The notes below the pieces were generated by a model, which saw nothing but the letters and a program-made list of their open reading frames with translations, was not told where the DNA came from and did not search any database. A stretch of 64,000 nt of DNA, taken from the NCBI GenBank assembly GCA_021323895.1, contig JAJPKD010000147.1, positions 81-64,080 on the forward strand. Reading direction: 5' to 3'. The position numbers and the translations under genes are program-made. The first letter of the stretch is position 1; each line of letters begins with the position of its first letter. Below are positions 1 to 9,588 of this stretch, one piece after another. Origin of the DNA: Acidobacteriota bacterium (lineage in GTDB: Bacteria > Acidobacteriota > Blastocatellia > Pyrinomonadales > Pyrinomonadaceae).

Positions 1-477
1 TTCGCTGAACGTGAGAGCCATCCAGGGTTCGAAATGCGTGATTACCTTTGGCTTTACTTCCGTATGGTTCGCCAAATAGAAGTTCAATCCGTCGGCCCAC
101 GCATCCATCAGAGCTTTCAACCATGCCGGACTCGATTCGTATTTCGCTTTCATGTCGGCCGGATCGACGAAGATTTTCATGCGCAGATCGCGCCAGATTG
201 CTGATTCGCCTTCAGTCTCAGCCGCGCGGCCCATCGAATTGATGTAGTTGGTCTCGACGCGATTGAAGTCGTCTTCAGCCTGCGCATAGATCATGCCGAA
301 CACCGCGTCGGCATCAGTCTTTCCGTGAACGTGCGCAATGCCCCAATCGTCGCGCGTGATCGTGACGTTGCGCGCGCGTTGCTGCCAGCGCTGTTGCTCA
401 GAAGTTTGCGCGTAAACTGCGGACGCAAGCAATGCGATTAAGAGCAGAAGTGGAAGACGACAGACGAGCTTCTTCAT
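1..477 (-). CDS. penicillin acylase (S45 Ntn-hydrolase) family protein, N-terminal part; continues past the window start
   Basis: Hand translation of the minus strand from the ATG at 477-475 gives MKKLVCRLPLLLLIALLASAVYAQ (signal peptide), then ITRDDWGIAHVHGKTDADAVFGMIYAQAEDDFNRVETNYI, typical of the penicillin amidase family. The frame stays open to position 1. It is missing from the ORF track because it is truncated. Confidence 0.7.
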   Translation of the reverse strand, partial: MKKLVCRLPLLLLIALLASAVYAQTSEQQRWQQRARNVTITRDDWGIAHVHGKTDADAVFGMIYAQAEDDFNRVETNYINSMGRAAETEGESAIWRDLRMKIFVDPADMKAKYESSPAWLKALMDAWADGLNFYLANHTEVKPKVITHFEPWMALTFSE

Positions 478-687
478 TATGAGCCGCCTGGGGAATAGCG
501 TTGGATGAATTGACGATCGATTAGCCAACGTAAGAGAGCGCCGTTAGGCGCGCGATATTTATAGCACCAAGCTATAGAAAAATCTTTGCCGAGAAAGAGC
601 GAAACGAGTTTCGCTCCTTCTCGGCAGAATTCAGTGGGGCCACGTGCTCTACAAATATTTCGCCGCTACGCGGCTGACGCTTCGGAT

Positions 688-1113
688 CTATCTCGGACTG
701 ATTGGTCGCAGCTTAAATCTTCCAAAGGCGACGAAGATGAGAAGTAAACACGTCACCAACGGCACCAGAGCCAATCCTTTCATCGGCCCCATCAACGTAA
801 TTACAGTCGCGCCCGCGACAATGATCGCGAGACCCACGGCGGCGAGTGGCGTCAATCCCGGCTTGATGCGCAGCAGCGCCGGCAGAATCAAGCCAATACC
901 GCCGAGTACCTCGCAGACGCCGATGAAGTGTAGAAACCATCCCGGCCAAGCGACCGGTGATTGCGCATTCATCTCAGCGACCGTCATCATGAATTTCGTC
1001 GAGCCGCTGAAGAGAAACAGCAGCCCCAGCAGAATCTGAAATATCCAAAGCAGTATGTTCACAAGCTTCGCTCCTCGCCCTAACCCTCGCCCAGAAGGGG
1101 AGGGGGAACTCAT
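688..1113 (-). CDS. DoxX family membrane protein
   Basis: The hydrophobic 4-TM pattern (ILLWIFQILLGLLFLFSG...FIGVCEVLGGIGLILP) is DoxX-like. I chose the internal ATG at 1113, which forms an ATGA overlap with the stop of the upstream gene. The 206-aa track ORF has an implausible N-terminal extension. Confidence 0.7.
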   Translation of the reverse strand: MSSPSPSGRGLGRGAKLVNILLWIFQILLGLLFLFSGSTKFMMTVAEMNAQSPVAWPGWFLHFIGVCEVLGGIGLILPALLRIKPGLTPLAAVGLAIIVAGATVITLMGPMKGLALVPLVTCLLLIFVAFGRFKLRPISPR

Positions 1114-1658
1114 TTCGCCGTTCCTTCGGCAACGGTCTTCATTTGCGCCAAACCTTTCTCGAAATCCGTGCCGACCATTTTGTCCATGTCCATGAACATC
1201 ATTATCGCCTTGGCGATGAAATTCTTCTCGCCCACCATGGTCCACTTCACATTCGTCTGATTGCCCTGTGGCGTGAAGGTGAAGTCGGTGGCGTTCGTCG
1301 CAGCCCATGGTTTGATGAATTCGAGCTTGATCTTAATGAGATCGCTTGGGTGACTCTCGGTGATCGTCATGCGGCCTTCGCCGACTTGATCGTTGCCGAC
1401 CCAGCTATAGACCGCTCCGTTGCCGGCTGCGGCGCCTGAGAATTCCTTCTTCATGTTCGGATCGAGTTTTTCCCAGGGCGACCACGCTTGCCATTTGTGA
1501 AAGTCGTTCACTTGGGCGAACACCGCTGGCGCCGGCGCGTTGATCGTCGCTGACCGTTCGACAGTATAGCGAGCCGGTTGCATGGCGACGACGACACAGA
1601 AGATGGCGATGATGAGCACAATCGCGACGATGCCGTATAGCAGGATTTTCTTGATCAT
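1110..1658 (-). CDS. SRPBCC (START/polyketide-cyclase-like) family protein with N-terminal TM anchor
   Basis: 182-aa ORF. It has an N-terminal TM helix, then ...VERSATINAPAPAVFAQVNDFHKWQAWSPW..., typical of the Polyketide_cyc2/SRPBCC fold. Confidence 0.65.
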   Translation of the reverse strand: MIKKILLYGIVAIVLIIAIFCVVVAMQPARYTVERSATINAPAPAVFAQVNDFHKWQAWSPWEKLDPNMKKEFSGAAAGNGAVYSWVGNDQVGEGRMTITESHPSDLIKIKLEFIKPWAATNATDFTFTPQGNQTNVKWTMVGEKNFIAKAIMMFMDMDKMVGTDFEKGLAQMKTVAEGTAK

Positions 1659-1737
1659 TTCGGGGGTCTCCTTGTTTGAGCGAGTTAAGCTGGCACTGTT
1701 TAGCGCGGCGCATCTTATCAGCGGCTGCGTACGTCGT

Positions 1738-2139
1738 CTATCGGCTCGACGAGCCTTTCTTTTTCCGTTCGGCCGCTTCGTTCAATTTAATTCTGGTTTT
1801 GACCATCTTTTTGATCAAGGAAGAGGACAAAGGCTTGTCGGGAGTGAATCGCACTGTGCCTTTTGATGTGGCAAAAGATTTCAGTTCTTCTTGATGCACC
1901 TCAGTCGGACCAGCGCCGGGAAAAAAGCTGCAATGTTCCGCGAACGCCGCGTATGAAACCAACATGCGCCCGTTAAGTTGGAATGTTGGAATCTGGTAGC
2001 TGATGATTTCTTCGGCAGTCGGCGCAACTGACTTAATTGTGCGTCGCAGTTGTTCGAGAGCTTTCCGTTGGGTTGCCGACACGCGCGACAGATAATCATC
2101 AACATCGCGCGGGGTATTGGTTTTCGTCGTTCGCTTCAT
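1738..2139 (-). CDS. DUF1801 (YdhG-like) domain protein
   Basis: 133 aa. DVDDYLSRVSATQRKALEQLRRTIKSVAPTAEEIISYQIPTF matches the YdhG/DUF1801 pattern. Confidence 0.6.
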   Translation of the reverse strand: MKRTTKTNTPRDVDDYLSRVSATQRKALEQLRRTIKSVAPTAEEIISYQIPTFQLNGRMLVSYAAFAEHCSFFPGAGPTEVHQEELKSFATSKGTVRFTPDKPLSSSLIKKMVKTRIKLNEAAERKKKGSSSR

Positions 2140-2289
2140 CGGGTCTCCTTTCGCCGCGTCGCTCAGGTCATGAAGGCTGCTGATAAAGTCCGGTTAGGTT
2201 GTCAGAAGCCCGCGCGTAAGCAGGGCCAGGTTCGCCAAAACGCTTGCGTCGATGAACGAGCCCACGGTCGCGCTTCTGGTCTCCTACTT

Positions 2290-2778
2290 TTACTTCTGAT
2301 TTGCGGCTTCCTCAATTTTAGCGATGTCGATCTTTCTCATTTGCATCATTGCCTGCATGGCCCGCTGACTCTTTCCTAAATCGTCACTCTGAACTAACTC
2401 CAGCAAGCGAGAGGGAGTAACCTGCCACGACAAACCATACTTGTCTTTTAGCCATCCGCACATACTCTCTTGACCGCCGTCGGCCGTCAGCTTTTCCCAG
2501 TAGTAATCAACTTCGTCCTGTGACTCGCAACTAATGACGAACGAAACGGATTCGTTGAATTTGAATTGCGGGCCGCCGTTTAGCGCCGTGAATTTTTGGC
2601 CATCGATCTCAAACTCGGCCACCATCACCGAGCCCTTTGGTCCGGGCCCGCGGTCACCGTACCGACTTACCTTCGTCACTCGCGAGTTTTCAAAAATCGA
2701 ACAGTAAAAATTCGCCGCCTCTTCGGCCTGGCCGTCATACCACAGCATTGGAAAGATTCGTTGATTTAGTTTCGCCAC
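2290..2778 (-). CDS. VOC-superfamily protein (PhnB / 3-demethylubiquinone-9 3-methyltransferase-domain type)
   Basis: 162 aa. FPMLWYDGQAEEAANFYCSIFENSRV...GQKFTALNGGPQFKFNESVSFVISCESQDEVDYYWEKL is the classic signature of this family. Confidence 0.75.
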   Translation of the reverse strand: MAKLNQRIFPMLWYDGQAEEAANFYCSIFENSRVTKVSRYGDRGPGPKGSVMVAEFEIDGQKFTALNGGPQFKFNESVSFVISCESQDEVDYYWEKLTADGGQESMCGWLKDKYGLSWQVTPSRLLELVQSDDLGKSQRAMQAMMQMRKIDIAKIEEAANQK

Positions 2779-2894
2779 TGCATGCTCCTCTCATTTTTTG
2801 CTCCTTTAGAATTTCGTTTTTGCCTTTCATTGGTTAGTCGATTGAGCCAGCGCCAGATCGACATCTGTCGAGCGAAGAAAGTTAGGACGCGTGT

Positions 2895-3536
2895 TTACTT
2901 CGACAAGAACAGATGCGTTGCGCGTTCGCCAGCAACTTGCCTATTGCATCGATAGCCCAAAGCGCGCAGGTCAAGATCGCGAAACAGATGTTCTCCGGAA
3001 CCAAGCAACACCGGGCTGATCGCCAGGTGCAACTCATCGATCAGCTTGGCGGCCAGGAACTGTCGAATCGTTGAGACACCGCCACCAATGCGAACATCGC
3101 GGCCATTTGCAGCCGCGATTGCCTGATCCAAAGCGGAACGAATGCCTTCAGTCACAAAGTGAAACTCAGTTCCTCCCGCCATCTTCAGCGGTGCACGGGC
3201 ATGATGCGTCAAGACAAAGACCGGCGTGTGATACGGCGGTTCGTCACCCCACCAGCCTTTCCAACTGTCGTCGGGCCAGGGACCGCGAACGGGTCCAAAC
3301 ATGTTCCGTCCGAGAATCCAGGCGCCGATACCTGCAAAGCCTTGCTCCGCAATCTCGTTATCGATGCCAGTTTCACCGTCAGCCTGTCCGTGCATCTGTC
3401 GCCACGCACGAGTGTTGAGAAACCAATCCATCAACTCCGGACCATTCACGCCGAGTGGATTCTGCAAATCCTGATTCGGTCCGGCGCCGTAACCATCAAT
3501 AGAAATCGCGAAACTCTGTACACGAACTCTTGACAT
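2895..3536 (-). CDS. dihydrofolate reductase family protein (RibD C-terminal domain)
   Basis: 213 aa. FAISIDGYGAGP...VFVLTHH...IGGGVSTIRQFLAAKLIDELHLAISPVLLGSGEHLF is a RibD_C-type pattern. Confidence 0.7.
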   Translation of the reverse strand: MSRVRVQSFAISIDGYGAGPNQDLQNPLGVNGPELMDWFLNTRAWRQMHGQADGETGIDNEIAEQGFAGIGAWILGRNMFGPVRGPWPDDSWKGWWGDEPPYHTPVFVLTHHARAPLKMAGGTEFHFVTEGIRSALDQAIAAANGRDVRIGGGVSTIRQFLAAKLIDELHLAISPVLLGSGEHLFRDLDLRALGYRCNRQVAGERATHLFLSK

Positions 3537-3547
3537 CGCCTAACTCC

Positions 3548-3916
3548 TCACATCTTGCCTTTTGTCTGCCACAAGCCCAGGGCCGCGCCAGTAGGATCCT
3601 GAATGATGCTCAACCACCCCATGTCGGGAACTTCGATTGAATCCTTCACGATCTTTGCTCCCAGCGATGCAGCTTTTTTCGTCGCCGCGCCGATGTCGTC
3701 AACCAGCACATAGGCCAGCCAAAACGAGGGCACGCCCGGCATCGGGTTCTTCAACAAACCGCCGCCGGTTCCGTCGCCGACCTTGACTATGGTGTATGTC
3801 CCGCTCGGACCCATCTGCATATCTTCGAGTTCCCAGTCGAACAAGTTGCTGTAGAAAGTTTTCGCTTTATCAACGTCGGTCGTATTCAATTCAACGTGCA
3901 CAAATGGATTTGCCAT
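3548..3916 (-). CDS. VOC (glyoxalase/bleomycin-resistance) family protein
   Basis: 122 aa. FVHVELNTTDVDKAKTFYSNLFDWE...GWLSIIQDPTGAALGLWQ is a single VOC module. Confidence 0.7.
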   Translation of the reverse strand: MANPFVHVELNTTDVDKAKTFYSNLFDWELEDMQMGPSGTYTIVKVGDGTGGGLLKNPMPGVPSFWLAYVLVDDIGAATKKAASLGAKIVKDSIEVPDMGWLSIIQDPTGAALGLWQTKGKM

Positions 3917-3924
3917 GATTCCTC

Positions 3925-4284
3925 CTAATCACTTTCCGGCAGGCCCGGGATTTCCATCACCGGCCTGATTTCGATAGTTCCATATTTCACCGGGGGCACA
4001 CGCTCTGCAATATCGATCGCTTCATGGAGATCGTTCGCCTCGATAACGTAATAACCGCCGAGCTGCTCACGCGTTTCCGCAAACGGGCCATCAGTCACGA
4101 TTCGTTTGCCGTCGCGCACGCGCACGCTCGTTGCGGTGCTGACTGAATGCAGCGGTCCCGCGCCCAGGTACTGACCTGTTTTGTTCAAGTCCTGCGTAAG
4201 CTGTGCTGATTCGACGTAGCACTGCTCGCGTTCTTCGTCAGTCATCGCCTGCTCATTCATGTAAACGAGAAGCATGTATTTCAT
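3925..4284 (-). CDS. YciI/DGPF-domain family protein
   Basis: 119 aa. MKYMLLVY...VTDGPFAETREQLGGYYVIEA...A is the YCII-related (DGPF) signature. Confidence 0.8.
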   Translation of the reverse strand: MKYMLLVYMNEQAMTDEEREQCYVESAQLTQDLNKTGQYLGAGPLHSVSTATSVRVRDGKRIVTDGPFAETREQLGGYYVIEANDLHEAIDIAERVPPVKYGTIEIRPVMEIPGLPESD

Positions 4285-4311
4285 TTCGGATCTCCGTTTG
4301 TCTCTTAATTG

Positions 4312-4677
4312 TTATGCCGACTTGGCCGCATTCGCCGTCACCACAGGTCGTACTTCAATCGCGCCCATGCGCGCCGACGGAATTCGCGCGGCAATCGACT
4401 TTGCTTCGTCGTCGCTGGCCGCTTCGATAAAGAAGAATCCGCCAAGTTGTTCGCGCGTTTCGGCGAATGGCCCGTCGGTAACCAACGGTTTGCCGTTTCT
4501 CAATCTAACGGTTTGACCTGTTTCACTCGGCTGCAACTGGTCGCCGACCAAATATATGCCTTTCGCCTGAAGCTCCTGGATCAGCTCTCGATATTCCTTA
4601 TAGATCTCCTGCTTCTCGGCTTCGGTCCGCGCACCCCAAGTCTGCTCATCGTGGTAAATCAACAACATGTATTTCAT
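4312..4677 (-). CDS. YciI/DGPF-domain family protein (paralog of 3925-4284)
   Basis: MKYMLLIYHDEQ...VTDGPFAETREQLGGFFFIEA. I moved the start to the internal ATG at 4677 by analogy with the paralog. It is preceded by AGGAGGA. Confidence 0.75.
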   Translation of the reverse strand: MKYMLLIYHDEQTWGARTEAEKQEIYKEYRELIQELQAKGIYLVGDQLQPSETGQTVRLRNGKPLVTDGPFAETREQLGGFFFIEAASDDEAKSIAARIPSARMGAIEVRPVVTANAAKSA

Positions 4678-4760
4678 TTTCGTCCTCCTATACCTTAGTC
4701 GAGCGGCCGCCGCCGAAATCGACACCTAGCGCATAAATTTTTTATGATTCGAATTTAAGT

Positions 4761-6035
4761 TTGTCACAAATGACGATTTCCACGGTAAATGCGACGGTTG
4801 AGGCAGTATATCGTGCCGATTGGGGCCGCATCGTCGCGACTCTAATTCGCTCATTCGGCGATTTCGACCTGGCGGAAGAATCGGCGCAGGAAGCCTTCGC
4901 GGCCGCGACCGATCAATGGTCGCGCGAAGGCGTGCCGAATTCTCCCGCAGCGTGGATCATCCAGGCAGCGAAACATAAAGCCATCGATCGGCTGCGACGA
5001 CAATCTCGGTTTCAGGAAAAAATCGAATCGTACGCGTTCGAAATAGATTCAACAACTGAGCAGCCCGATCCCTTCCCTGATGAAATTCCTGATGATCGTC
5101 TGCGACTGATCTTCACCTGTTGTCACCCGGCGTTGGCGCCTGAGGCCCAAGTTGCTTTGACCTTGCGCACGCTTTGCGGCTTGCAGACTGAAGAGATCGC
5201 GCGCGCGTTTCTTGTTCCGGTGCCAACGATGGCGCAGCGGCTGGTGCGCGCGGAAAAGAAGATTCGCGACGCGGGCATTCCCTACAAAGTCCCTGAGACC
5301 ACCGAAATTCCCGAGCGGCTCGCTTCAGTGCTAACGGTAATCTATCTGGTCTTCAACGAAGGCTACGCATCAACGAGTGGTGAACTGGTCAGGAGCGATC
5401 TTTGCGCGGAAGCGATCCGGCTCGGGCGAACGGTGCGCATGCTGTTAGCGCCCTATCCGCCAGCCGAAGTGACGGGACTACTCGCGCTGATGCTTTTGCA
5501 CGACTCGCGTCGCGATGCGCGCGTTGACGAAGCCGGTGATTTGGTTGTTCTCGAAGAGCAGGATCGAAGCCTTTGGAACCGGAATCAGATTGCCGAAGCA
5601 TTACCGCTAGTGCGTCAGGCTTTGATTTCGCCCGGAGTGGGGCCTTTCACTTTGCAAGCCGCGATTGCCGCGGAACATTGCCGCGTAGCTCGCGCTGAAG
5701 AAACCGACTGGAATCAGATCGTCTCTTTTTATGATCGACTGGCGCGTCTTCAGCCATCGCCGATCGTTTCGCTGAATCGCGCGGTAGCAGTCGCCATGGC
5801 TGAAGGAGAAGAGCGCGGACTGGAGTTGATCGACGAGATTGCCGCCTCCGGCGAACTCGATGAATATCATCTGTTACATGCAGCGCGCGCGGACGTGCTG
5901 CGCCGGATGGGCTCGCATAACGAGGCTGCGATGAATTACCAGCGCGCACTCGAGCTGGTGACTAATGATAGCGAGCGGAGATTTCTTGAGAGGCGCTTAC
6001 GCGAGGTAAACCGCGCTTCGGCTTCAAGCGCGTGA
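4761..6035 (+). CDS. ECF-type RNA polymerase sigma factor with long C-terminal extension (ECF42-like)
   Basis: 424 aa. Sigma region 2 (...AQEAFAAATDQW...PAAWIIQAAKHKAIDRLRR) and region 4 (LTLRTLCGLQTEEIARAFLVPVPTMAQRLVRAEKKI) are followed by a helical extension of about 230 aa. It lies divergent from two DGPF genes. The start could be TTG 4761 or ATG 4770. Confidence 0.75.
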   Translation: MSQMTISTVNATVEAVYRADWGRIVATLIRSFGDFDLAEESAQEAFAAATDQWSREGVPNSPAAWIIQAAKHKAIDRLRRQSRFQEKIESYAFEIDSTTEQPDPFPDEIPDDRLRLIFTCCHPALAPEAQVALTLRTLCGLQTEEIARAFLVPVPTMAQRLVRAEKKIRDAGIPYKVPETTEIPERLASVLTVIYLVFNEGYASTSGELVRSDLCAEAIRLGRTVRMLLAPYPPAEVTGLLALMLLHDSRRDARVDEAGDLVVLEEQDRSLWNRNQIAEALPLVRQALISPGVGPFTLQAAIAAEHCRVARAEETDWNQIVSFYDRLARLQPSPIVSLNRAVAVAMAEGEERGLELIDEIAASGELDEYHLLHAARADVLRRMGSHNEAAMNYQRALELVTNDSERRFLERRLREVNRASASSA

Positions 6036-6049
6036 ACCAGATGCCGCGA

Positions 6050-6796
6050 CTAACTCCACTGAGTGATCCAACTCGCAAATGAAAGCCAGGCGTGAGTCGT
6101 GCCGAGTGGCACTCGCACGATATGTGAAATCACCAGCAGCGCTCCACCCAGAATCGTTGCGCGATGCGGACGGCCGCGCGTGACGATGTCAAAAATGAGC
6201 ATCGGCAAGAGGAGCAAATCCGGAATGCCGAAGAAAACCAACGGCCCACCCTGCTCAAAGAAGCTTCCCGGAAAGCGTGCGACGGCGGCCGGCATCAACG
6301 TAATGGTCGCGATTACCATCAGGCGCTTGTGAATGTCGATGCGGTTGCGATAGATGATCGCCGCAGCCACCAATATCCCAAACACCAAAACGTCGCCCAG
6401 TGGAATCGTGAGGAACGTTAGCCCCGAAGAAAATCCCGGTGGCGGCGCAACCAGCTTTGCGCGCACGATTCCGGTGATGGTTCCGACGATGACCATCAGC
6501 GCCGCGAGCACACCTCCGGCGACGCCAACCTTGCGATGAATTCGCGTGCGCTTAGACGCAACCAGAGAAGTCTGAATCAGGAAGAGCGCAATCCACGACG
6601 TGAAGAGAGAACCATGCAAGATCAACAAAGGCACCAGTGGCGGCGCCTGCGTGTGGAAATATGGTCTGAGAAACCACGTGCGCGAGAAGCCGACGAACAC
6701 GATGACGAGAAACACGCCGGACATCACCGTGTAAAACGCGCGCTCGCGAAACTTCGTGCCGGTACGTTGATCGAAAGTCTCAGCTAGAGTTGCCAA
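6050..6796 (-). CDS. hypothetical polytopic membrane protein
   Basis: 248-aa ORF with about 6-7 hydrophobic helices. I recognise no family. Confidence 0.5.
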   Translation of the reverse strand: MATLAETFDQRTGTKFRERAFYTVMSGVFLVIVFVGFSRTWFLRPYFHTQAPPLVPLLILHGSLFTSWIALFLIQTSLVASKRTRIHRKVGVAGGVLAALMVIVGTITGIVRAKLVAPPPGFSSGLTFLTIPLGDVLVFGILVAAAIIYRNRIDIHKRLMVIATITLMPAAVARFPGSFFEQGGPLVFFGIPDLLLLPMLIFDIVTRGRPHRATILGGALLVISHIVRVPLGTTHAWLSFASWITQWS

Positions 6797-6836
6797 GGGG
6801 GAAATTATCTCCTTCTCGTTTATTAATATGTTTTGC

Positions 6837-9068
6837 TTAAGCCCAACTGAATCCGTGCTTCGAGAGAGGCAGCGAGCGGACCCGCTTTCTCGTCACAGCG
6901 AAGATCGCATTGCAGACGGCCGGCAAGAGCGGTGGCAACGCGGGCTCACCTAATCCCGTCGGCGGGAAATCAGTCTTCAGGAAATGCACTTCGATTGTGG
7001 GCGGGGCTTCTGAAATGCGCAGCGGTGTAAACCCGTCAAAGTTTGTTTCCACTGCGCGTCCGTTCTTGATCGTGATTTCGTTCATGAGGTGAGTCATGCC
7101 TTCGATGATCGACCCCTGCACCTGATTGACGGCGTTCAGCGGATTCACGACCTGGCTGCCGATGTCGGCCGCGACCCAAACTTTGTTGACCTTGATTTTG
7201 TTGGAGGCATCGACGCTAACTTCAGCAACTTCGGCAAAGTAGCCCGAGTGACTGAAATGAAACGCGACGCCTTCGCCCGTGCCTTTCGGCAGATTCCGTT
7301 TGCCCCAACTTGATTTCGCCGCGACAAGTTCCAGGACGCCGCGCATGCGTTTCGCATTGAACGGCGCGCCGAGTCCGCCGGTTGGTGGAGGATTCTGTCC
7401 CGCCGCGGGAGCGGGCAAGGGAATTGGTGTGGCATCCAGAATTGAGTAGCGAAACTCAACTGGATCTTTTCCCGCGGCCAGTGCGAGTTCATCGATGAAC
7501 GATTCCATCACGAACGAGATGCCGTTGCTCCCGGGCGCGCGCAGCGCGCCGGTCGGTACGCCTGATGGCATCACCGAAACGTCGATCGCGAAGTTCGGAA
7601 CAAATCGCGACGGAAACTCGAGCGCGCCCATTCCCGCGCTGCCCGCGAATCTGTCGCCGGAACCGAAACTAACAAAATGATCGCGCCACGCGATCAACTT
7701 GCCATTCGCATCGACGGCACCTTTCAGAAAATGAAAGCCCGCGGGACGATAGAAGTCGTGGGTCATGTCATCTTCGCGCGTCCACAGAAGTTTCACCGGC
7801 ACGCCGATCTGTTTGGCGATCGCCGCGGCCTCGACTACATAGTCGTTACTCAAACGTCGCCCAAACCCGCCGCCAATGCGTGTCAGATGAAGTTTGATAT
7901 CCGTAGGCGCGATTCCCAGAGTTCGCGAAACTAAGTTTACTGCGCCCGCCGGCGTCTGTGACGGCGCCCAAATTTCGAGCTTGCCGTCTTTGAAATGCGC
8001 CGTGCAGTTTTGCGGCTCCATCGGCGCGTGTGCGATGAAGGGATACGCGTACGCCGCTTCAACAACTTTCGCTGCGCTCTTGAATGCCGCTTCGACATCA
8101 CCGTCAGTGCGGAGCGAACGTTGCGGCTTCTCTTTCGAGAGTGCTTCGGCTTGAGTTGCAAAGCCGGCACTGCTTTGTGAAGCCGTCGTACCTTCGTCCC
8201 ATTTCACTTCGAGCTTGTCGCGTGCAGACTTTGCCTGCCACCAGCGATCCGCGACGATCGCGACGCCGCTCAGCAATCCGCTTAGATCAGTTCCGCCATC
8301 GACGATGAACGCGTGCTTTACGCCGGGCATCGCCTTAATCGCATCGAGATTCGCAGACGTTGCTTTGCCGCCAAACACCGGACATTTCGTGAATGTCGCC
8401 CACAGCATCCCCGGCACCGTGAAATCAATTCCATAAAGCGGCTTGCCCGTGACGATCTTCAGATTGTCCACGCCGTGCTGTGGCGTGCCGATGACTTTGT
8501 AGTCCTTCGGATCCTTCAGCTTGACCTTTTCCAAATCGGGCGGCGGCAACGTGGCAGCTTTCTCTGCCAGCTTGCCGTAACCGATCGATCGTTTTGTGCT
8601 TGCATGAAGGACTTTGCCGGACGACGTTGTTAACTCCGCTTCCGGCACATTCCAAGTTTGCGCCGCGGCCGTGATTAGCATCGCGCGCATGGCGGCGCCA
8701 ACTTGCCGCAGCGCGTTCCAACTGTTCGGCGTAGAAGTACTGCCGCCGGCCGATTGATTCGAGTATTTGGTTTGATCGAGATCGGCTTGTTCCACGCGCA
8801 CATCTTTCCAGTCGACATCGAGTTCATCCGCGATTGTCATCGGAAGGGAAGTCTTCACGCCCTGACCAATCTCAGGATTCTTCCCGATGATTGTCACGAT
8901 GCCATCAGACGAGATGCGAATGAACGAACTCGGAACGGGAATGACGCGCTGTTGCTGTCCCTGTGCGAACGTCAACGGTTTGAAATACAGACCGAGGAGC
9001 ACGCCACCACCGGCGACCGAGCTAACTTGCAGGAACGTCCTTCTGGAGATCGATTTCGTTTTCATCAT
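6837..9068 (-). CDS. molybdopterin-dependent oxidoreductase, large subunit (xanthine dehydrogenase/aldehyde oxidase family, IorB-like)
   Basis: 743 aa. It has a Tat-type leader ([15 protein letters not shown]) and the long aldehyde-oxidase/XDH Mo-binding pattern. It overlaps the upstream 2Fe-2S subunit gene by 4 nt. Confidence 0.8.
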   Translation of the reverse strand: MMKTKSISRRTFLQVSSVAGGGVLLGLYFKPLTFAQGQQQRVIPVPSSFIRISSDGIVTIIGKNPEIGQGVKTSLPMTIADELDVDWKDVRVEQADLDQTKYSNQSAGGSTSTPNSWNALRQVGAAMRAMLITAAAQTWNVPEAELTTSSGKVLHASTKRSIGYGKLAEKAATLPPPDLEKVKLKDPKDYKVIGTPQHGVDNLKIVTGKPLYGIDFTVPGMLWATFTKCPVFGGKATSANLDAIKAMPGVKHAFIVDGGTDLSGLLSGVAIVADRWWQAKSARDKLEVKWDEGTTASQSSAGFATQAEALSKEKPQRSLRTDGDVEAAFKSAAKVVEAAYAYPFIAHAPMEPQNCTAHFKDGKLEIWAPSQTPAGAVNLVSRTLGIAPTDIKLHLTRIGGGFGRRLSNDYVVEAAAIAKQIGVPVKLLWTREDDMTHDFYRPAGFHFLKGAVDANGKLIAWRDHFVSFGSGDRFAGSAGMGALEFPSRFVPNFAIDVSVMPSGVPTGALRAPGSNGISFVMESFIDELALAAGKDPVEFRYSILDATPIPLPAPAAGQNPPPTGGLGAPFNAKRMRGVLELVAAKSSWGKRNLPKGTGEGVAFHFSHSGYFAEVAEVSVDASNKIKVNKVWVAADIGSQVVNPLNAVNQVQGSIIEGMTHLMNEITIKNGRAVETNFDGFTPLRISEAPPTIEVHFLKTDFPPTGLGEPALPPLLPAVCNAIFAVTRKRVRSLPLSKHGFSWA

Positions 9069-9529
9069 GACCTCCCCTTTCCGGCTGCCGCTTTATCAAT
9101 TGCTTCGCGGATGCGCAGGTAGGTTCCGCACCGGCAGAGATTGCCGTCCATTGCTTCGCTGATTTGCGCGTCGGAGGGATTGTGATTCTGCTTGAGCAAC
9201 GCCGCCGCTTGCATGATCTGGCCGACCTGACAATAGCCGCACTGCGGCACATCGACGTCCATCCAGGCCTTCTGCAACGGATGACTTCCATCAGGAGACA
9301 GACCTTCGATCGTCGTCACTTGCTTTCCGTTCACTTCCGAGATCGCCGTCACGCACGAGCGCTCGGCTTTGCCGTTGATATGCACTGTGCAGGCTCCGCA
9401 AAACGACATGCCGCATCCGAATTTCGTGCCGGGCAAATTCATCACTTCGCGAATCACCCAGAGCAGAGGCATGTCCGCAGGTACATCGACCGACACTGCT
9501 TTGCCGTTAACGGTTAGATTGAATGCCAT
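9065..9529 (-). CDS. (2Fe-2S)-binding small subunit of Mo-oxidoreductase (IorA/CoxS-like)
   Basis: 154 aa. The first cluster is [12 protein letters not shown] and the second is [11 protein letters not shown]...CRCGTY. Confidence 0.85.
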   Translation of the reverse strand: MAFNLTVNGKAVSVDVPADMPLLWVIREVMNLPGTKFGCGMSFCGACTVHINGKAERSCVTAISEVNGKQVTTIEGLSPDGSHPLQKAWMDVDVPQCGYCQVGQIMQAAALLKQNHNPSDAQISEAMDGNLCRCGTYLRIREAIDKAAAGKGRS

Positions 9530-9588
9530 ATGAGTGCTCCTTCGGTGAGATTTTCTATATCAGAGTCCGGACAAAAGCAACCGAATGA

